Shown: positions 36,915 through 46,554 of the stretch, piece by piece
How the letters are laid out: each line of letters begins with the position of its first letter
How positions within the stretch are numbered: the stretch's first letter is position 1
Origin: Candidatus Eiseniibacteriota bacterium
Lineage (GTDB): Bacteria; Eisenbacteria; RBG-16-71-46
Length of the DNA stretch: 64,000 bases
Direction: 5' to 3'
Assembly: GCA_963744995.1 (NCBI GenBank)
Contig: CAVUWA010000010.1
Coordinates: 512,001 to 576,000, forward strand
Translations under genes and position numbers: made by a program
The notes under the pieces: generated by a model
The model's input: only the letters and a program-made list of their open reading frames with translations
Databases searched by the model: none
What the model was told of the DNA's origin: nothing

Positions 36915-38546
36915 CTACGGGCGCCCGCCGCCACCGGTTGCATCGCGCCCGGCGTCGTCCGGCCCGTCCCCGCCCTCGTCGGTTCCGTCCTCGCCGCCCC
37001 CCTCGTCCATGCGGGTGAGGCGGGCGTCCACGTCGGCCATCAGCCGGTCGTGCGCCTCCTGATCGATCGTTCCCTCGGCGTACAGGTCCAGCACGCGATC
37101 CTTTTCGACCATCAGCAGATGCCGGCGGGCGCGGCGCAGCTCCTCGTCGCGCAGGTCCCCGCTTTCGAGGTGCAGCGAGCGGATCTCGCCCTCGACGTCC
37201 TCGATCCGCTGCCGATACTCGTCCTCCAGCGTCTCGATCACCACCGGGGGCAGGTGGCGCCGGTCGCGCATGGATTCGAGCTCCCGCTGCGCCGCACCCG
37301 CCGCCTGCAACTGCCCGCGCATGCGCTGGTAGTTCTGGCGGGCCTCGTGGGGCCCGATGATGCCGAGCCGTTTGAGCAGCGTCGTCATGGTCATCCCCTG
37401 GCCGAGAATGGTGATGATCACCACGCCGAACGTCATCGTGATCAGCAGCTCGCGGTGCGGGAACCCCTCGGGCAGGGAGAGCGCCAAAACCATCGACAGG
37501 CTGCCACGCAGCCCGCCCCACACCAGCACCGCGGCCCAGCGGCGCGGCAGGTGTTCGCGGGTGCGGCTCAGGGCCGCGGTCGCGGCGCTGACCACCACCC
37601 CGCGGCCCAGCAGCATCGCGAGGAACGCCGCCAGGATCAGCTGCCAGGACGCGAACAGCGCGGAGAGCTGCACCTCGAAGCCGATCAGCAGGAACACGAT
37701 CGAGTTGAGCGCGAAGGCGACGTATTCCCAGAACGTCGCCACGGCCACGCGGGTGGACGGCGACATGCCGGTGCGCGCCGCGTAGTTGCCGCAGATCATC
37801 CCCGCGACCACGGTCGCGATCACGCCGGAGTCGTGGAAGTGCTCGGCGACGACGAAGGCGCCGTAGGCGGCGATCGTGGTGAGCGTGATTTCGATCATCG
37901 GATCGTCGAGCCGCCGGATCACCTGCGAGATGCCCATGCCCACGATGCCGCCGATGAGCGCACCGACGCCGACCACGCGGGCGAAGTCGAGCGCGATCGC
38001 CGAGGCCGACGTGGTCCCGCCCGTCACCAGCCCGAGGACGAGGGTGAAGAACACGATCGCCGTGCCGTCGTTGAGCAGGCTCTCACCCTCGATCAGCAGC
38101 GCCAGACGGCGCGGCACGCCGAGCGTCTTGAACATGCCCACGACCGCGATCGGGTCGGTCGCCGCGATCAGCGCGCCGAACACGAGGCCGTGACGCCAGT
38201 TGAAACCCTGCACGAAATCGAGCGCGTCGGCGACCGGCGTGAGGATCAGCGCGGTCAGGCCGATGGCCGCCGCGACGCCGGGAATCGCCAGCGAGAACAC
38301 GGTGATGCGATTGCGCCAGAATTCGCGGAACGGAATGTGGTACGCCGCCTCGAACAGCAGCCCGGGCAGGAAGATCGTGAACAGCAACCGCTGCGTGAGA
38401 TGCGGCGGCTGGAAGGCGTGCAGCAGGCCGAGCAGCAGGCCCGCGACGACCAGGGCCACCGTGTAGGGAATGCGGAAGCGCCGCGCGGCGATCGCCACGG
38501 CGGTGGCGACCGCGAACAGGATGATGAACGAGCTCTCGACGGGCAC
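36915..38546 (-). CDS. CPA1-family Na+/H+ antiporter (NhaP-like)
   Basis: FLPGLLFEAA, ATDPIAV, EGESLLNDG, WGGLRG, QGMT; many TM segments. Confidence 0.92.
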   Translation of the reverse strand: MPVESSFIILFAVATAVAIAARRFRIPYTVALVVAGLLLGLLHAFQPPHLTQRLLFTIFLPGLLFEAAYHIPFREFWRNRITVFSLAIPGVAAAIGLTALILTPVADALDFVQGFNWRHGLVFGALIAATDPIAVVGMFKTLGVPRRLALLIEGESLLNDGTAIVFFTLVLGLVTGGTTSASAIALDFARVVGVGALIGGIVGMGISQVIRRLDDPMIEITLTTIAAYGAFVVAEHFHDSGVIATVVAGMICGNYAARTGMSPSTRVAVATFWEYVAFALNSIVFLLIGFEVQLSALFASWQLILAAFLAMLLGRGVVVSAATAALSRTREHLPRRWAAVLVWGGLRGSLSMVLALSLPEGFPHRELLITMTFGVVIITILGQGMTMTTLLKRLGIIGPHEARQNYQRMRGQLQAAGAAQRELESMRDRRHLPPVVIETLEDEYRQRIEDVEGEIRSLHLESGDLRDEELRRARRHLLMVEKDRVLDLYAEGTIDQEAHDRLMADVDARLTRMDEGGGEDGTDEGGDGPDDAGRDATGGGGRP

Positions 38547-38565
38547 GGTCAGCCGCTCCGCCCGG

Positions 38566-39270
38566 TCATGCCTCGCCCCAGCCGCGTTCCAGCCGCTCGC
38601 GCGTCTCCTGCACGCCGGCGCGCCAGATCGCGTAGGCCTCGTCGTCGGGGCGCTGGTAGAGGCCGCCGAAGCTGCCGTCGCCGAGGTAGTCGCGCACCCC
38701 CGCGGGGTCGAGGCTCCTGTAGCGGGCGAAGTCGATCATCGGCTTCGCCGTCTTCGGCATCGCCACGCCCGGGAGCCGCGTCCACGGGAAGTTCTCCATC
38801 CACGAGGCGTGCGAGGCCACCGGGTCGATCGAGCGCACCTTCTCCTGGAAGCGCGGCGCCGCCCACCAGTCGTGGATCACCAGCCGCAGGTCGTGCGCCT
38901 TCGCCCACGCGCGCAGCGGATCCCATGCCGGCCGGTTGCCGCCGTGGCCGTTGACGAGCAGCACCCGCCTGAAACCGTGCCGGCGGATGCCGCCCAGCAC
39001 GTCCCGCAGCAGCGCGCCGAAGGTGTCGCGCCCGAGCGTCACCGTGCCCGGGTAGGCGACGAAGTCCGGCGTGAGCCCGTAGGAGAGCACCGGATAGACC
39101 GGCACGCCGAGCGGCTCGGCGGCCTCGACCGCGATGCGCTCGGCGAGGATGGCGTCGGTCGCGAGGCTCAGGAACGCGTGCTGCTCGGTGCTGCCCACCG
39201 GCAGGACCGCGCGGTCTTCCTTCTCGAGCAGCTTCTCGACCTGCGACCAGTGGAGATCGGCGATGCGCAT
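38566..39270 (-). CDS. Creatininase-family amidohydrolase
   Basis: LPVGSTEQH..LATD, YPGTVTL, VNGHGGN, HASWMEN. Confidence 0.85.
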   Translation of the reverse strand: MRIADLHWSQVEKLLEKEDRAVLPVGSTEQHAFLSLATDAILAERIAVEAAEPLGVPVYPVLSYGLTPDFVAYPGTVTLGRDTFGALLRDVLGGIRRHGFRRVLLVNGHGGNRPAWDPLRAWAKAHDLRLVIHDWWAAPRFQEKVRSIDPVASHASWMENFPWTRLPGVAMPKTAKPMIDFARYRSLDPAGVRDYLGDGSFGGLYQRPDDEAYAIWRAGVQETRERLERGWGEA

Positions 39271-39474
39271 GGCGGCCACCGTAGCCCGCGGGTTTCGCGG
39301 GAGGCAACCGGGCGGCCCGAGCCGCGCGGCGGCCGGGGCGCACGGGCGCCGGCCCGCCCCCGGCGCACGGGTCGGTCGCAGCACGGGCGGCATGCGGACG
39401 CGGCTCATCCGCGGCACCGTTCCGCGAAGGGCACCGCCCGGAGGCGGCGCCCTTCTTTGCGTGCGGCCGGTCCG

Positions 39475-40488
39475 CTACTTGAGTTCGGCCAGCCCGTACA
39501 TCCGTTCGACGTTCCGCTGCGCCCACCCGCGGAAGCGCTCGACCGTGTCCTCGCTGCCCTCGCGCACCGTGTAGCCGCCCGTCGTCGGATCCCGGCGGAC
39601 CAGATGATTGAAGCGCCGCTGCGTGCCGAGGAACTCTTCGACCGCCGGCCGGTCCGCCGCCTCGAGCGGGCAGTCCTTCACCGAACCGCCCTTGCCGCGC
39701 TCCCATACGAACGCCGGGAACACGCCGCTGCGGGCGCCGAGCGTGGCGATCCGGATCGTTTCGCCGTCCTCGAACTTCCAGCCGGTGATGCACGGCGCGG
39801 GGACGAAGATGACGGCGGTCGAATCGCAGGCCAGCGCCTTCTCCATCGTCTTCTGGAACAGCTTGCCGTGCGCCGGGCTCAGCTGCGCCACCAGCCCCGC
39901 CCCCGCTGCGATCGCCAGGTGCACGTAGTCGAGCGGCGGCTGCAGGTTGCCGGCCGACGCCTTGCCCGACGGCGTGGTGCTGGTCGAGGCATACGGTGTC
40001 GTGGCCGGACTGTACTGGAAGCCCGTGTTCGCGAAGATTTCATTCACGAGCACGATGATCGTGACGCGTGCGCGCCGGTGGATGGTGTGCAGCAGGCCGC
40101 GCAGGCCGATGGCCAGTGCGCCGCCGTCGCCGCTCGTCGAGATCACCTGCACGGGTCCCGAGAGCGCACCGTGATCCGCCAGCACGTCGGCGACGTCGCG
40201 CGTCGCCTCGGCCAGCGTCGGTGCGGACTCGAACACGTTGTGGATGATCGAGAAGCTGCGGGTGAAGTCGTCCGGGGGCGCGTCGCCGCGGCCCCATGCG
40301 ACCACGTTGGGGAACGCGAGGCTCGACACCTCGGCGCACGAGGTGCCGATGGTGAAGATCGTCTTCACGCCGTTGTCGGTGACGCGGCCCACGTTCTGGA
40401 ACGCAATCGCCTCCATGCAGCCGGCGCAGAGCGTCGACCCCGGCCGGAAGCAGCTCTCGTGGGTCGCGGTTTCCTTGTAGCCGCTCAC
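39475..40488 (-). CDS. 2-oxoacid:ferredoxin oxidoreductase beta subunit (PorB-like, TPP-binding)
   Basis: LCAGC, GTSC, GDGG..NEIFANTGFQYSPAT, APCITGW. Confidence 0.85.
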   Translation of the reverse strand: MSGYKETATHESCFRPGSTLCAGCMEAIAFQNVGRVTDNGVKTIFTIGTSCAEVSSLAFPNVVAWGRGDAPPDDFTRSFSIIHNVFESAPTLAEATRDVADVLADHGALSGPVQVISTSGDGGALAIGLRGLLHTIHRRARVTIIVLVNEIFANTGFQYSPATTPYASTSTTPSGKASAGNLQPPLDYVHLAIAAGAGLVAQLSPAHGKLFQKTMEKALACDSTAVIFVPAPCITGWKFEDGETIRIATLGARSGVFPAFVWERGKGGSVKDCPLEAADRPAVEEFLGTQRRFNHLVRRDPTTGGYTVREGSEDTVERFRGWAQRNVERMYGLAELK

Positions 40489-41819
40489 AGTGGCCTCCCT
40501 TCGTGGAAGAACGCGGCCGGAGCGATGTGACGGCCGTCCTCGCCGGCGCGCGCCTGCTCCAGCATGCGTTCCCAGGTGGCCTCGGAGACATCGGCGCCGC
40601 CGAGCCCGGCGAACACCGACACCACGCGCGGCGGGTGTGACAGCGACGACAGCGCATCCACGACGTCGAGCGTCAGATGGCCGCGGCCGTAGTGGTGCGC
40701 CTGGTTCACGACCAGCACGACCTGCGCCTTCTCGAGCCGCCGGCGCACGGCCTCGCTCGGGAACGGCGTCAGCAGCCGCATCGCGATCCCGGCGACCTGC
40801 AGGCCGGCCTGTTTCTCGTAACTCTCACGCAGCGCTTCGAACGTGCCGAAGTCCGGCCCCATGCCGACCACGGCGATGTCCACGCTGCCGTGCTCGGGCC
40901 AGCCGACCTCGTCGAAGAACTTGAGGCCCGGGCGGCCGAAGTGCTTCTCGAAGTCCGCGGCCACCGCGGGCAGCACCCTCAGCACCTGCTCCATGCGCTG
41001 CTTCTGCGCCACCTTGAAGCCCTGGAAGTGCTTCGACGTGACACAGTTGCCGAACGCGGTGTCGCCGTTGATGAGCCCCGGCAGCGTACACGGCTGGATC
41101 CAGCCGTCCTGGAAGGCGTGGATCGCCCGGTCGGCTTCGACCGTGAGCCGCGCACTGCGATGGCTGTCCTTGATTCCGTAGAAGCCGGGCATCGTCGGGG
41201 TCATGACCTCCGGGTGCATGCCGATGCATGGCGCCTGGAGGATCGTGTCGTAGATCTGCTGTTTGCCGCGCGCGCAGATCTGGACGAAGCCGTCGTCGCG
41301 GTGCGCCAGCGTGTCCGAGGGGTCACCCTCGATACACAGCGGGAAATTCGCGGTGGCGCGATAGACGTTGATCAGCATCACGTTGCCGAGCCCGCTCGCG
41401 CCCAGCGAGCGCGTGGTCTCGGTCATGTGGTCGAGGCCGACCGAACTGGTGGCGGTCGGAACGATCAGGTCGCGGCACGCGGCCGCTGCGCCGACCAGAT
41501 AGTCGGCGACGGCGTGCTCGGCTTCGAGCAGCTTGACCTTCTTCTTGCTGCGGGGTTCGTCGGCGATCTTCGACGCGACCGTCTCGATCCACTTCGTGGA
41601 CGGCGTGATCGGGAAGCCCGGATAGATCACGCAGCGCCACATCTGCAGGGTCGCGAGCGCCGCCGCAGTGTTGCCGTCGACGGTGACCTGTTCGCGTTCC
41701 GCGTACAGGTCGACGTGGGCCGCGCGGACGCGCTCGAGATCCACGGCCCCCGGATACAGATCCCCGGACGGGGTGGTCTCGTGCGGCATCGGCAGGGCGG
41801 GTCTTTCGAGCGTGCTCAT
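40485..41819 (-). CDS. 2-oxoacid:ferredoxin oxidoreductase alpha subunit (PorA-like)
   Basis: DGNTAAA, GFPITPS, EAEH, TATSSVGL, LLTPFP, GLGGAD; overlaps both neighbours by 4 bp. Confidence 0.82.
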   Translation of the reverse strand: MSTLERPALPMPHETTPSGDLYPGAVDLERVRAAHVDLYAEREQVTVDGNTAAALATLQMWRCVIYPGFPITPSTKWIETVASKIADEPRSKKKVKLLEAEHAVADYLVGAAAACRDLIVPTATSSVGLDHMTETTRSLGASGLGNVMLINVYRATANFPLCIEGDPSDTLAHRDDGFVQICARGKQQIYDTILQAPCIGMHPEVMTPTMPGFYGIKDSHRSARLTVEADRAIHAFQDGWIQPCTLPGLINGDTAFGNCVTSKHFQGFKVAQKQRMEQVLRVLPAVAADFEKHFGRPGLKFFDEVGWPEHGSVDIAVVGMGPDFGTFEALRESYEKQAGLQVAGIAMRLLTPFPSEAVRRRLEKAQVVLVVNQAHHYGRGHLTLDVVDALSSLSHPPRVVSVFAGLGGADVSEATWERMLEQARAGEDGRHIAPAAFFHEGRPL

Positions 41820-42790
41820 GTCAGCGAGACCTCCTCCTCCCACTGCTCCTCGAACGGCACTTCCCGGAACAGCTTCTCCGGGCACACGGCAATGCACTCG
41901 CCACAGAGCTTGCAGAAGCTGCTGACGTCGACGCCCGTCACCTTGAGACCGCGTTTCTCTTCGGGCTCGAACAGGATGATTCCCTCGGGGCAGTTGTGGA
42001 TGCAGAGCGCGCATCCGGTGCAGGCGTCCGCCGGATCCTCGAACCGCAGGCGAATGCCGCTCGGCGCGTAGTCGGCCGTGCGGTTGTTGCGCGAGAGGCG
42101 CAGCGGGGTCTGGGCGCCGGTCGGCAGCGCGCCGTAGCCCTCGAAACCGGCCGGCACGTGCGCCCCGGGCCGGGACTCGTTGAACACCCCCTCCTGGATC
42201 CGCTCGAGGGTCGCTGCGAGCGCGGCCCGGTTGCTGTCGAGGATCCGGTTCGGCACGTGCCGCTTGCGCAGGATGGTGAGGAACGACTCGAAGATCGCCT
42301 CGTTCGGCGCGCCGGAGATCGCCCGGGCCGCCGCGACGTAGACGGACACGTTGCCAATCGGGGCCTTCAGGTGTTCGCGGCCGACGTCGTCGCCCGGAAC
42401 CGTGATGACGTGACCGGAGAGCCCGTAGTGGAGCGCGCACTGCTCGGGCGTCCGCGTCGTATTGAGAATGAACGTCCCCCCGGGGGTCACGCCCTCGGCG
42501 AAGTCCCAGGTCCGTGCCGCGGACTCGTTCATGAGAATCGCGACGTCGGGCCGGGTCACCTCGCAGGCGGCGGTGATCGGCCGTCGGCTGACCCGCATGA
42601 AGGACCGGATGCTGGCGCCGCGTCGCGCCGAGCTGAAGAACGGCCACTCCTGAACGTGGACCCCGGCATCCTGGGCGAGCAGATCGGCCAGGCTCTGGAA
42701 GGCCAGCAGCAGGCCGCCCCCCGCCTTGCCGTCGCCCCGGATCTCGAGGTGCGACGTCTGGATGACCCTTTGGAGATCGAGCACCCTCAC
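41816..42790 (-). CDS. 2-oxoacid oxidoreductase gamma-delta fusion subunit (PorC + 2x[4Fe-4S])
   Basis: IRGDGKAGGG, SSARRGASIRSFMRVS, ILNT; CTGCALCIHNCP and CKLCGECIAVCP. Confidence 0.85.
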   Translation of the reverse strand: MRVLDLQRVIQTSHLEIRGDGKAGGGLLLAFQSLADLLAQDAGVHVQEWPFFSSARRGASIRSFMRVSRRPITAACEVTRPDVAILMNESAARTWDFAEGVTPGGTFILNTTRTPEQCALHYGLSGHVITVPGDDVGREHLKAPIGNVSVYVAAARAISGAPNEAIFESFLTILRKRHVPNRILDSNRAALAATLERIQEGVFNESRPGAHVPAGFEGYGALPTGAQTPLRLSRNNRTADYAPSGIRLRFEDPADACTGCALCIHNCPEGIILFEPEEKRGLKVTGVDVSSFCKLCGECIAVCPEKLFREVPFEEQWEEEVSLT

Positions 42791-42797
42791 TTGAACC

Positions 42798-43004
42798 TCA
42801 CTTCCTGAAGAGGATCGCGTGGCCAGGACATTCCGTCATGATCTTCTGCAGCTCTGGCAGCATCGCCTCGTCCAGATCGGCGTTGTAGACCTCCGCGACC
42901 TCCTCGTCTTCCACGTTTCGGAATGCCATCGGCATCGCCTTGACGCAGTCGCCGCACTCCGTGCAAAGGTCTTGATCGACATAGAATTCAGGGACTTTGC
43001 CCAT
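42798..43004 (-). CDS. Single-cluster ferredoxin
   Basis: VDQDLCTECGDC...CPGHAI; 68 aa, acidic; GGGAGGAG RBS. Confidence 0.88.
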   Translation of the reverse strand: MGKVPEFYVDQDLCTECGDCVKAMPMAFRNVEDEEVAEVYNADLDEAMLPELQKIMTECPGHAILFRK

Positions 43005-43370
43005 CTCTCGCTCCTCCCGTTCGAATGGTCCCGGCCGCCGGCGTCCGGCCGCGGCCACCGGAATTCCGTGCATGATTCATGCTAGAACCTTCCGTCCGGA
43101 GGCGGCGCAGATGTCAGGTCCGCTTCCAGCCGCCGTTCGACACCACGGGGGTTCGACGATGTTCGGATTGGTTTGGCCGCGCCGGAGGAGACCGCGCGTC
43201 GCGACGACGCGGGGGGCTCTGAGGCGCCCGTCTCCCGACGGCCGGAGCGCCCCGCTCCGGCCCCTGGCGTACGCATGCCCGGCATCGACCGGCCTGGTCC
43301 GTTCCGTTCTCCTTCGTGACCGCCGTCCCCGCCCCCGCGGTGGACGAGCCCCCGATGCACGGGCGCTTCC

Positions 43371-44726
43371 ATGAACCCACCGCTCGTCGAGATCACCAGT
43401 TTCGGCCGCGGCGGCATCCACCCGCCGACGCACAAGGATCTGACCGCGCACCGCGCGATCGAGGACCTGCCGTGGCCGGGCGAGGTCTGGCTGCCGCTCG
43501 TCCAGCACCTGGGCGAGCCCTCGGTGCCGATCGTCAAGAAGGGCGACGTGGTCGCGCGCGGGCAGATGATCGCCGAGGGCGGCGAGACCGGGGTGCCGAT
43601 CCACGCCAGCGTGCCCGGCAAGATCAAGTTCATCGACAGACGCCCGCACCCGACGCTGGTCACCTGCCCGACGCTCGTGATCCGCCACACCGAAGAGACC
43701 GAAGTGCTGCCGTTCGAGGAGGATCCGGACTGGCGCACGCTCGGCCACGACGCGACCCTGGCGCGGATCCGCGACGCGGGAATCGTCGGGCTCGGTGGCG
43801 CCGCCTTCCCGACCCACCGCAAGCTGACGCTGCCCGAGGGCGTCCACGTGGACACGTTCATCCTGAACGGCGCCGAGTGCGAGCCCTACCTGACCGCGGA
43901 CCACCGGCTCATGCGGCTCTACCCGCGCGAGATCCTGGAAGGCGCGCTGATCATGACGCGGCTGGTCGGAGCGAAGCGCCTGCTGATCGGCATCGAGGCC
44001 GACAAGAGCGATGTGATCCCCGGTTTCCGCGACGCCGCGGCCGAGACGCCGCTCGGCGGCATCGAGTTCGACGTCCGCGTCTGTGAGGTGCGCTACCCGC
44101 AGGGCGCCGAGCGGCAGCTCATCACCGCGCTCACCGGCCGCGTCGTTCCGGCGCGCGCCCTGCCGTCGGCGGTCGGGATCATCGTCCAGAACGTGGCGAC
44201 GGCGCACGCGGTGCACGACGCGGTGCGCTTCCGCCGCCCGCTCATGGACCGCATCATGACCGTGACGGGGCCGGGCATCGGCACGCCCCGCAACGTGCGC
44301 GCGCCGCTCGGCGCGCTGCTCCAGGACATCGTCGCCTTCTGTGGCGGGGCGAGCGACGACACCACGCGGATCGTAGCCGGGGGGCCGATGATGGGCCGCA
44401 GCCTCCCGCGCCTCGATCTGCCGCTCGTCAAGGGCATGAACGGCCTCGTGCTGCTCACGGGGCGGGGTCCGTTCGAAGAGGGCTTCGGACCCTGCATCCA
44501 GTGCGGGCGCTGCCTCGACGCGTGCCCGCTCGGGCTCGAACCCAATCAGGTCTCGATCTACGTCGAGGCCGGGCGGACGCTCGAGACCGATCCGTTCGGC
44601 ACGCTCGACTGCTACGAGTGCGGCTCCTGCACCTACGTCTGTCCGTCGGAGCGGCCGCTGCTCCAGTACATGCAGGTGGCGAAGTCGGCGCTGCGCCGCG
44701 CGCGCGACCTGAGGATCGTCCGATGA
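43371..44726 (+). CDS. rnfC: Rnf complex subunit C
   Basis: GGIHP, QHLG, AGIVGLGGAAFPTH, NGAECEPYLTAD, YPQGAE, GGPMMG, CIQCGRC, CYECGSC. Confidence 0.95.
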   Translation: MNPPLVEITSFGRGGIHPPTHKDLTAHRAIEDLPWPGEVWLPLVQHLGEPSVPIVKKGDVVARGQMIAEGGETGVPIHASVPGKIKFIDRRPHPTLVTCPTLVIRHTEETEVLPFEEDPDWRTLGHDATLARIRDAGIVGLGGAAFPTHRKLTLPEGVHVDTFILNGAECEPYLTADHRLMRLYPREILEGALIMTRLVGAKRLLIGIEADKSDVIPGFRDAAAETPLGGIEFDVRVCEVRYPQGAERQLITALTGRVVPARALPSAVGIIVQNVATAHAVHDAVRFRRPLMDRIMTVTGPGIGTPRNVRAPLGALLQDIVAFCGGASDDTTRIVAGGPMMGRSLPRLDLPLVKGMNGLVLLTGRGPFEEGFGPCIQCGRCLDACPLGLEPNQVSIYVEAGRTLETDPFGTLDCYECGSCTYVCPSERPLLQYMQVAKSALRRARDLRIVR

Positions 44727-45724
44727 GCCTGGCCGAAAACCAGCCGGCGGCCCACCCCTACGTGATCTCGCCCGGCCCGCACGTGCGGGTCGAGGAGAGC
44801 ACGGCGAGGATCATGTGGTGGGTGAACGGCGCCCTGGCTCCCGCCGCGCTCTGGGGCATCGTCGTGTTCGGGCCCAACGCGCTGGCCGTGACCCTGGCCT
44901 CGATCGCCGGCGCGCTCACCGCCGAGTGGGGCGCGGCGCGCGCGCTCAAGCGGCGCGCCACGCTGAGCGACGGCAGCGCCGTGTGCACGGGGCTGCTGCT
45001 GGCGATGACCCTGCCGCCCGCGGTGCCGTGGTGGACCGCGGCGCTCGGCGCCATCTTCGCGATCCTGTTCGGCAAGGCGATCTTCGGCGGCCTCGGCTTC
45101 AACCTCTTCAACCCCGCGCTGATCGGCCGCGCCTTCATGCTCGCCACGTTCCCGGTCGCGATGACCGCCGGCTGGCTCGCGCCGCACCCCTGGTTCCAGG
45201 CGCCGGTGGATGCGATCACCACCGCGACGCCGCTCGCCGCGATGCGCGAGCACGGTCTCGCCGCGGCGCTCCAGCTCGCCGCGCACGGCGCCGGCAGCCC
45301 GTGGGCGAACCTGCTGCTCGGGCTGCGCCCGGGCTCGATCGGCGAGGGATCGGTGGTCCTGGTCGCGCTCGGTGCGGGTGTCCTGCTGTTCCGCCGCATC
45401 ATCACCCTCACCATTCCACTCAGCGTGTTCGCCGGCGTCGCGATCGTCACCGCGTTCAGCGGCGCGTTCCCGCTGCACATGATGAGCGGCGGGCTGTGGC
45501 TCGGCGCATTCTTCATGGCGACCGACTACGTGACCTCGCCGGTCACCCGCAACGGCAAGATCGTGTTCGGCCTGCTGATCGGCGCGCTCACCGGCGTGAT
45601 CCGCCTCTACGGCGGCTACCCGGAGGGCATCTGCTACGCGATCCTGCTCGCCAACACGCTGGTGCCGGCGCTCAACATGTGGTTCCGGCCGCGCCGCGTC
45701 GCCATCGCGGGGACGCCGTCATGA
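44723..45724 (+). CDS. rnfD: Rnf complex subunit D
   Basis: GPHVR, DGSAVCTGLLL, FGGLGFNLFNPA, DAITTATPL (FMN Thr), GSIGE, FMATDYVTSP, GGYPEG. Confidence 0.95.
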   Translation: MSLAENQPAAHPYVISPGPHVRVEESTARIMWWVNGALAPAALWGIVVFGPNALAVTLASIAGALTAEWGAARALKRRATLSDGSAVCTGLLLAMTLPPAVPWWTAALGAIFAILFGKAIFGGLGFNLFNPALIGRAFMLATFPVAMTAGWLAPHPWFQAPVDAITTATPLAAMREHGLAAALQLAAHGAGSPWANLLLGLRPGSIGEGSVVLVALGAGVLLFRRIITLTIPLSVFAGVAIVTAFSGAFPLHMMSGGLWLGAFFMATDYVTSPVTRNGKIVFGLLIGALTGVIRLYGGYPEGICYAILLANTLVPALNMWFRPRRVAIAGTPS

Positions 45725-46554
45725 ACGAGAAGACCCGCGAAATCCTGCGCATCGCCTGGTCGATGACGCTGGCCTGCCTGGTCGGCTCGGCGATTCTCGG
45801 CGCCGTCTTCGTCGCCACCGAGCGCTACGCCGAGGCCTCGCGACTCGCCGGGGAGCGCCGCGCGATCACCGAGATGCTGGGCCTCGACTCGACCGCGACC
45901 GTCGTGGAGATCCGCCAGTACCTGGAGCCCGCCGACCGCGTGGTGGTGTACCGCCGCATGTCCGGCACGGACGGCGGCGGCCTCGAGCTGCGCTTCTCGC
46001 TCGACGGCGCGCTGCTCGCCCGTACGCCGCTCGACGCCAAAGCCGCGGCGGACGACCAGGACCTCGAACCGCTCGGGCGCCTGTTCGTCGCCGAGCGGGA
46101 CGGCGCCCCGGCCGGATTCGTGATCGAGGGCGAAACGCGCGGCTACAAGAACACGATCCGCTTCTTCGTCGCGCTCGATCGGGCCTTCGACATCGCCGGC
46201 GTGCGCGTGGTCGAGCACGAGGAGGATCCCGGGCTCGGCGCCGAAGTGGCGACGCCCTGGTTCCAGGGGCAGTTCGTCGGGCGCTCGGCCGAATCGCTGG
46301 ACGGGCTCGAGGTGACCAAGGCCCCGATGCCCGAGGACTGGCGCGCGGCGCTCGACCGGCTGGCGAAGATGCCGCGCACGGAGTGGCGTGCCGAATACGG
46401 CGCGCTCGCCGACCGTGAGCGGGCGCAGCCGATCCATGCCGTGAGCGGCGCGACCATCTCGAGCACCGCGCTCACCCGCGGGGTGCGCACCACCGTGGAT
46501 CACTTCCGGCGCCGCTGGGCGCTGATCGAGCCCTATCTGGGAGGTCCGGCATGA
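45721..46554 (+). CDS. rnfG: Rnf complex subunit G (long form)
   Basis: N-terminal TM, GYKNTI, HEEDPGLG, VSGATISS FMN motif. Confidence 0.88.
   Translation: MNEKTREILRIAWSMTLACLVGSAILGAVFVATERYAEASRLAGERRAITEMLGLDSTATVVEIRQYLEPADRVVVYRRMSGTDGGGLELRFSLDGALLARTPLDAKAAADDQDLEPLGRLFVAERDGAPAGFVIEGETRGYKNTIRFFVALDRAFDIAGVRVVEHEEDPGLGAEVATPWFQGQFVGRSAESLDGLEVTKAPMPEDWRAALDRLAKMPRTEWRAEYGALADRERAQPIHAVSGATISSTALTRGVRTTVDHFRRRWALIEPYLGGPA

Noticed and set aside
43114..43380. Small ORFs or a riboswitch in the fdx-rnfC intergenic region
   Set aside because: No recognisable riboswitch consensus and no convincing coding signal; an Rfam/Infernal scan would be needed to exclude an RNA.
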